Positions 58,149 to 64,000 of a stretch of DNA of 64,000 bases are shown piece after piece (position 1 is the stretch's first letter; each line of letters opens with the position of its first letter). Made by a program: the position numbers and the translations under genes. The notes under the pieces are model-generated. The model was not told the DNA's origin. It ran no database searches and was given only the letters and a program-made list of their open reading frames with translations. The stretch lies in the NCBI GenBank assembly GCA_963702205.1, contig OY969724.1, positions 1,184,001-1,248,000 on the forward strand, in the 5' to 3' direction. The stretch is from an uncultured candidate division Zixibacteria bacterium. Its GTDB lineage: Bacteria > Zixibacteria > MSB-5A5 > GN15 > PGXB01.

Positions 58149-59072
58149 TTACCCTTCACTGCCGTCAAAGACCCTGATCCGTTTCGGGAAAACTTCAATA
58201 TCGATTTCGGGCACGCCGATGTCGAACAGGTCGCCGTCGACGTACATTTTTAACCCATCGACCGGGCCGACAGCGACTTTGGTCCCGCGATACATGCGTA
58301 TGTTGTCGGCGTACAGGTATTTACCCCTGGCCAGAGTCCGGGCGTATCCCGAAAATATGGCCTTGCCCTGACCGACGTCGAACACGACCTCGGCTTTGCC
58401 GTCATCGTCTATCCCGCCCGCCGAAACCGGCAGTCCCGCCGAATAAGGCAGGAGGTTGACATTGAACATAATCGGCGAAAACTCGAAGGCGAACGAATCT
58501 ATCTTGATCGAAAACTGGCTGACCCTGACTCCGGCGGCACACGACGCCGCCAGGCGCGACCAGCCGATACCGAACCGGGGGAGTCGTCTCGTCGCCAGGC
58601 TGTTGAAAAGCTCGACCGTAAAGCCCAGGCCGACCGATCCGAGGAAGAAATGTCCTCCGGCCAATCCCTGATCGATTCTCCGGTCCTTGCCGGTAAGGAC
58701 GATCTTTATGGCTTTGTCGATCGACGGTTCTCCATACAAAGAGCGATATATATTGTTGAATTTGCCCATCGGGACAATCCCCAGCGGGCAGGTGCGACGA
58801 ATCAAGTGTCGGCCGACCAGGTTGACGGTACCATCGCCGCCGCAGGCAATCATGCCGGCGGGATTGAAATGCAGGGCTTTTTTTATACGGAATACCAGTT
58901 CCCGGGGATTATCCGCGGTAAGTATATAGTATTCGCCTCCGCTGTCGACTATGGCAGCCTTGACCTGTTCCACGATCGCTTCGGAAAAGCCGCTGGCGCG
59001 GCTGTTCAGGATAAGATTCAGGCGCTGTTTACGAGGCGGCTGCGGACCTCGTCGTTTTCGGTATTTTTGCAT
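58149..59072 (-). CDS. Diacylglycerol/lipid kinase family (YegS/DAGK-like)
   Basis: ACGGDGTVN, LGIVP.G..N, G.GF, DDG and VDGD. Confidence 0.85.
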   Translation of the reverse strand: MQKYRKRRGPQPPRKQRLNLILNSRASGFSEAIVEQVKAAIVDSGGEYYILTADNPRELVFRIKKALHFNPAGMIACGGDGTVNLVGRHLIRRTCPLGIVPMGKFNNIYRSLYGEPSIDKAIKIVLTGKDRRIDQGLAGGHFFLGSVGLGFTVELFNSLATRRLPRFGIGWSRLAASCAAGVRVSQFSIKIDSFAFEFSPIMFNVNLLPYSAGLPVSAGGIDDDGKAEVVFDVGQGKAIFSGYARTLARGKYLYADNIRMYRGTKVAVGPVDGLKMYVDGDLFDIGVPEIDIEVFPKRIRVFDGSEG

Positions 59073-59111
59073 ATAGTGAATAATGGTTAATTTTTGGGGA
59101 TATGCAAGCCC

Positions 59112-59879
59112 TTATGGATTTTTTTGCTCCCGGTTCATCAAAATAAGCTCGGTCACCGGCTGGCCGGTATCATTGTCGAGCATTTCCGTTTTGACCGGCG
59201 TGTGCAGGCCGTCTTTCGTAAAATACGAATATCCGTAAGCTCCGACCGCATCGTTGCGGACCTTGTAGCACTCAAATGTTCCGGCCGGGACGGTGACCGT
59301 CTCCAGGCCGATCACTGAGTCGGCCGCCGGAATGGCCTGGTATGGTTTCCCCGTCATAAATAGAAGATTAACAAAGGCATATTCATTTTTGTATCCGGGC
59401 TTGAAATCTTTATTGCGCGCCGTCAAAAGCGTCCCCGAGGTCGTGGTCAGGCCGTCATAAAATGGCATAGCGCCGGGCATGGCGCCAGTATAGTTCGACC
59501 TGATCTGGAGGCTGTCGCCGTCTTTGTTGGCTCGTATTTCAATCGAATCGGCCCCCATCTTTTTGGCCATGTCCGGCGTGAATAAATAGAGATTGTGCGA
59601 ACTGGTGAAGGTAAGGCTGTCACCCTCGAATCTTTCTTTGGTCTCCATTTTTATCTGCTGAGCGATCATGTCTATAGTCTGTTCCGTCTCGAAAACCGGC
59701 GTGGTCGTGTCTAACCGGGTGATGGTAATCGTAAGGCCGTTGGTGACTTTCTTCGGGGTGTAAACGTTGATATTATATGTAAGCGTTTCCGAGACGCCTT
59801 TGGGCCAGATTTTGGTGAGGTCTCCGGCGGTGACCGACGAGAACAACAACAGTAGGGTAATCAGTGCGCGAAAAATCAT
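59112..59879 (-). CDS. Secreted DUF3108-like protein
   Basis: Signal peptide and ETVTVPAGTFECYKV motif. Confidence 0.65.
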   Translation of the reverse strand: MIFRALITLLLLFSSVTAGDLTKIWPKGVSETLTYNINVYTPKKVTNGLTITITRLDTTTPVFETEQTIDMIAQQIKMETKERFEGDSLTFTSSHNLYLFTPDMAKKMGADSIEIRANKDGDSLQIRSNYTGAMPGAMPFYDGLTTTSGTLLTARNKDFKPGYKNEYAFVNLLFMTGKPYQAIPAADSVIGLETVTVPAGTFECYKVRNDAVGAYGYSYFTKDGLHTPVKTEMLDNDTGQPVTELILMNREQKNP

Positions 59880-59951
59880 TTTAACTCTCCTTATATTTTT
59901 ATTTATACCCCGGCTGGACCGGTATTGCCCAAAAAACCGGGGTTATGGCAT

Positions 59952-60872
59952 TCAAATTCCGGCCAGCCAGGTCTTGACGAACCCGGCCTCGTTGTCCCGA
60001 TAGTTGACGGCCCCGACCAGCCGATCGTTTTTCAGGCCAACCAGCGACGTGCCATAAAACCTGTCCGGGGCCTCAAACGAATAATCCTGATCGAATCCGA
60101 TACTGTCGGCAATTGGTTTTATCTCGGCCGTGTTTACGGCTATTTCTTTCCACTGGGCGAACTTGGAGCCGCTGGCGTCGTCGGACAGAAATAATTGAAC
60201 CGTATCGGTTCCAATGATATAATCCTGAGCGTAGACCCTGGTAAGAAATTTTTGGCCCAAATACGATTCCGCGAAATATTTGCGCGATGTCTCGATCAAA
60301 TTTTTTTTCGGGAACAGAGAAAAGGTTTCGGGCAGTGTAGTTCGTCCGGGAATAAAATTTGCCAGTTCTTCGGAGAAATTAGTCAGCGCCAGCGTACTTT
60401 GTTCGGATTCATCATAGCCGATCAGTTTAACAATATAATCACCTTTGACGAAAACCACGCTGGCCGGATCGATAAATCCTTCGGCACCAAGACGGACCGG
60501 CTGAGCATCCACCGGCCGCAGCATGGAATAAAGTCCGTAGGCGTTGTCGGGACTGTCGAACTTGTATATATCGACCACGATTTCGACGCTGTCGGCTTTG
60601 TAATCGGCGGTGGCGACGATTTCAAAATCGTACAGATAATATATCTCCGCGCCGCCGTCGATGTACTCCCAGAGGGTTTGCCCGACAAAAGTGCGGACGT
60701 CGGATATTCGTTTCAGGTGGGTTTTCGATGAGCTTTCGGGAAGGAAGTTCTGCGGGGCGGCCGTATTCGTTTCTTTCTTTTTTGAACCGCACGATACGAA
60801 CAGCAATCCTGTCATCAGTATACAAGCCAAAGCACTCAAATGATATTTGTACTTACTCATAGTCTCAGACAC
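59952..60872 (-). CDS. DUF6599-like lipoprotein
   Basis: Lipobox FVSC, LWEYIDGGAE.Y..Y.F and DIY.F.SP.NAYG.YS. Start may be 60860. Confidence 0.75.
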   Translation of the reverse strand: MSETMSKYKYHLSALACILMTGLLFVSCGSKKKETNTAAPQNFLPESSSKTHLKRISDVRTFVGQTLWEYIDGGAEIYYLYDFEIVATADYKADSVEIVVDIYKFDSPDNAYGLYSMLRPVDAQPVRLGAEGFIDPASVVFVKGDYIVKLIGYDESEQSTLALTNFSEELANFIPGRTTLPETFSLFPKKNLIETSRKYFAESYLGQKFLTRVYAQDYIIGTDTVQLFLSDDASGSKFAQWKEIAVNTAEIKPIADSIGFDQDYSFEAPDRFYGTSLVGLKNDRLVGAVNYRDNEAGFVKTWLAGI

Positions 60873-62533
60873 CTTTCCTCTGTAAGAGCAGTTGATTTTC
60901 CGGGGAGCGCGATTCCCCCACCGACGTAATATAAACCGCCGCTTTGTCTTCGATCGGACAGGCGTACTCGCACGCCCCGCAGCCGGTGCACTGCTGGGGG
61001 TCGATATACGGCCTCTGCACGGTGACCGTCCGGCCCTCGGCGTTGACGACCTCTTCTTTTTTAAGATATATCGACTTGGGCGAGGTCGGGCACCATTCTT
61101 CGCAGACGATGCATGGCGTGTTCATGGCCCACGGCAGACAGCGGCCGCGATCGATGAAAGCGGTCCCGATGCGGTTAGGCGGGGTGTTCTTGTCACCGAC
61201 CTTTTGCCTGGTAGTCAATTCTATGATCGCTCCGGTCGGGCAGACCTGTCCGCACAGGGTGCAGGTCGGCTCGCAATACCCAATGCGGGCGATCAAAATC
61301 GGCGACCAGAGTCCTTCCAGGCCGGACTCGAGCAAAGTCGGATGCAGGGCATTATTGGGGCAGACTCTCATGCACTGTCCGCAGCGAATGCACCGTTCGA
61401 GAAATTCACCTTCGGCGGTCGCGCCGGGCGGACGCACCAGTTTGGGGTTGGCGTTCTTTTCGAAAGTATCGCCGGAGCGAAACAGCGGCGTCAGGGCCAG
61501 GCCGCCGACAATCGAGGCCGCCACTTTGCGGCGGGTGATATCGATTTTCCGGGTCGGGGCCGGGTTGTCTTTGGTGTTTTCGTGCTCCGGGAAAAATTTG
61601 AACGACAACGACCCGTGGGGGCACGCCGCCTGACAGTTCAGGCACATGTGACATTCGCTTTGATGCCATTTTGAACCGACGTCGGGATTGTCCGCCCCCT
61701 GACAGGAAAGCAAACACAGATTGCAGTGGTCGCAGGTCGAATGGTCTTTCTGAAGTCCGAATATAGCAAAGCGGGAAAATGTTCCGAGCAAAGCTCCCAG
61801 CGGACAAATTCCCCGACACCAGAAGCGCGTAAAGATTCGATTCATGATCAATATGGCCAGAAAGACCAGCCCGATGGTTAAAATTGTGTGGAAGTGCATC
61901 TGGCGGAAGGGAAGGAATATCGCCGCGAAAACGTCGTATGCCGTCTGGGCCATCGGTACTGACCGGGCTGATCCCGAACGATTTAACCCAGGCCAGAAGA
62001 CCCAGCGAAGCGCTGTGCATCACCGGCAAGACGACCGTCCCCAGCGAACGGGCCAACAGTGGAAGGGGATCGAGCAGGCCGGTCTGGAGCGTTCCGGTTA
62101 TAGCCGCCGCCAGAAGGAAAAACAGGATATAATATTTTATTCTCTGATATTTCTTGTATCGGTTCGATTCGATTTTATTTTTGCCTTTTCTTTTCAGGCG
62201 TTCGGAAGGAATTTCCGATACCCAGTGGTTGAGCGAACCGAGAGGGCAGACCCAGCCGCAGAAGAACCGCCCGAGGAAAATGGTCGGGATTAATATCACC
62301 AGGCACCAGAGAAGGCCTTTGTATATGGTGCCGTTGGCCAGAAGCGTCGCAAGCGCCACCAGCGGGTCGAACTGAAGACCTATGGACACCGGGTACGGCA
62401 GCGTGATGTTGTTGAGATTCGACGGGTCGAGGTTGACATCGAAATTGGTTTTCAAAATCAACCAGAAAAAAACGCAGAAAAAGATAAACTGCGAAAAGCG
62501 GCGGAGATTTCTTACGGCTTTGATAGTCATCAC
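60865..62533 (-). CDS. Membrane polyferredoxin (NapH/MauN-like plus NapG/MauM-like 4Fe-4S binding protein); apparent +1 frameshift at ~61955
   Basis: GRFFCGWVCPLG in the 5' frame; RFWCRGICPLGA, multiple CxxCxxCxxxCP motifs and RPPGA in the 3' frame. The span is 3n+1 and the junction reads SPVST|MAQTAY. Confidence 0.85.
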
Positions 62534-63483
62534 ACTATTTCTTTGTATCCGGCTTTCTTATAGTCGATTTCGCCCAGCCCGGCTTTGCAGGCGGCGTCGA
62601 TGTGTCCGACCAGGTCGCCGGTCAGGCCCAGAAATTCACAGCCGCGCGAATCGGCCGCGACCATATCGGTCGAACAGATGACGCTGTTTTCTATGGCGAC
62701 GTCCCCCAGCGATCCACCCTGCGGGCCGCCGCGCGTTAATACCCGGGTGGCGTCGACCACGGTCAGGGTCGGGCGACAGAACGAAGCGAGGTCGACAATG
62801 GACTGGTCGATGTTCTGGTGCAGCTGGCTGCGGCGTCCACCGAGGATACCGTAAAAGTTTTTCATCCCGATAGTACACTGTGAAAGCGAATGCTGTTTAA
62901 CGATGGGCATATTTATCAGACGGTCGGTCTGGACAAAATATTTAAGCACCGGCCATTTGTGGAGGATTTTTCCACCCATATCGAGCGTCAGCAGGTCCTC
63001 ATCATCCTGCATATACACTTTAGCCCCGGCTTTTTCGGCGGCTTCTTTTATGCCCGAGCGGAGGAAAGTGCGCCGGGGGTCATTGCACGGAATGTCGGAA
63101 ATAATGACTTCGGACGCCCCGGCCTTAAAGCACAAGCGGGTCATCTCGGCCACCAGAAGCGGATTGGTATTGGCCGCCTGCTGGGGCGCGCGGTCCCAGC
63201 CGATATTGGGCTTGATCGTCACCCGTTCCCCCGACCGGATAAACCGTCCGATACCGCCGATGGCGTCCAGGGCGCGGTTCAGCGCCAGAATGTGCTCGTC
63301 GTTTTTGGCCAGCGCGATTGTCGGATAGGCGGCGTCTTTGGGGATTTCGAAACTTCTGCTTTTGGTCAGAGCGGCGGCATAAGAAGAGGTGTCCCGGTTG
63401 TGGAACAGGTACCCGGTGGCCCCGGTGACAGCGGCCAGAGCCGCCGCCTTACCGGCCTTTTTTATGAAGTCGCGGCGTTTCAT
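62530..63483 (-). CDS. DUF362 domain protein with Tat-like signal
   Basis: MKRRDFIK, V.IKPNIGWD....AANTNP, IN.P..K.H and MKN.YG. Confidence 0.88.
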   Translation of the reverse strand: MKRRDFIKKAGKAAALAAVTGATGYLFHNRDTSSYAAALTKSRSFEIPKDAAYPTIALAKNDEHILALNRALDAIGGIGRFIRSGERVTIKPNIGWDRAPQQAANTNPLLVAEMTRLCFKAGASEVIISDIPCNDPRRTFLRSGIKEAAEKAGAKVYMQDDEDLLTLDMGGKILHKWPVLKYFVQTDRLINMPIVKQHSLSQCTIGMKNFYGILGGRRSQLHQNIDQSIVDLASFCRPTLTVVDATRVLTRGGPQGGSLGDVAIENSVICSTDMVAADSRGCEFLGLTGDLVGHIDAACKAGLGEIDYKKAGYKEIV

Positions 63484-63503
63484 GACAAATCAAACCTGTC
63501 TCA

Positions 63504-63998
63504 CTAATGAAGAATATATAGTATAATGATTATTGTCGCAAGCCAGAGAAGTACGTCGACCAATAGTGGTTTATCGGTTAATAGAAGGGTGGTCGGGGAA
63601 CCACCCCGCTCTTCCTTATGCACGAGGTACAAATACCTGAAAATGCCATAGATGACAAACGGAATCGTCACATACAGATATTGGGTCCCAAGTTTCGCGA
63701 TAACATCGGGAGAAAGAGTGTAAAACAAATATGTGATGACCGCCGAGGCCGTAACGACGCCGATTAACTGATCCAGCAGGTACGGCGAATATTTTTCCAG
63801 AGAACGGCGGTGATCCGATGCACCCGATTCCAGCAACATAATCTCGTGGCGGCGTTTGCCGAATCCCAAAAACAGAGCCAGGACGAAGGTCGCGATTAAA
63901 AGCCAGGATGAAAATTCCACGTTGATTGCGACGGCTCCGGCCAGCGCCCGCAGGACGAATCCGGCGGCGATGGTCATGACGTCTATGATGACAATGTT
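63504..63998 (-). CDS. UbiA-family (decaprenyl-phosphate phosphoribosyltransferase-like) membrane protein; 5' part outside window
   Basis: IAAGFVLR..AG, LALFL...KRR.E, T.PFV.YG.FRY and G.SPT..L..D. Confidence 0.88.
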   Translation of the reverse strand, partial: NIVIIDVMTIAAGFVLRALAGAVAINVEFSSWLLIATFVLALFLGFGKRRHEIMLLESGASDHRRSLEKYSPYLLDQLIGVVTASAVITYLFYTLSPDVIAKLGTQYLYVTIPFVIYGIFRYLYLVHKEERGGSPTTLLLTDKPLLVDVLLWLATIIIILYILH

Positions 63999-64000
63999 CT

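Noticed and set aside
60865..61953. Two separate genes (60865-61953 and 61406-62533) or a pseudogene
   Set aside because: A single-base correction yields one continuous 555-aa polyferredoxin. The ~180-aa tail of the upstream ORF is out-of-frame sequence.

Overview
A 64 kb, mostly + strand window from a diderm bacterium. The dockerin- and FlgD/T9SS-type-tailed secreted proteins suggest candidate phylum Zixibacteria or a related FCB lineage (inference only). Positions 1-27.7 kb are a surface-protein locus. It holds a giant (>4,280 aa, 5'-truncated) protein of ~97-aa cadherin/Ig-like 'tandem-95' repeats and a 2,246-aa partner that shares those repeats and ends in a dockerin. It also holds a large dockerin-tailed secreted protein, an S8 protease with PKD, cohesin-like and dockerin domains, and a small protein with a FlgD/T9SS-like tail. 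Together they look like a non-cellulosomal cohesin-dockerin extracellular assembly. The rest is housekeeping, envelope and signalling: GH35/42-like protein, ggt, bactofilin-like membrane protein, cstA, GGDEF-nagZ-anmK-spoIID, a SLOG + AbiGi/ART-like fusion, GT4, OmpA, degenerate endonuclease V, M20 amidohydrolase, propeller and FG-GAP proteins, YbbR, tsaD, an AT-rich stand-alone HsdR_N nuclease, UDP-sugar dehydrogenase, a HEAT + HD-GYP pair, and a minus-strand block (DUF5683, DAGK, DUF3108-like, DUF6599, polyferredoxin, DUF362, UbiA). Three genes carry +1 frameshifts, all at a (G)GTACT site, most likely a motif-linked sequencing artefact that may reveal DNA modification. No rRNA, tRNA, CRISPR array or transposase was seen. 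All family assignments come from motif recognition by eye, not database searches.
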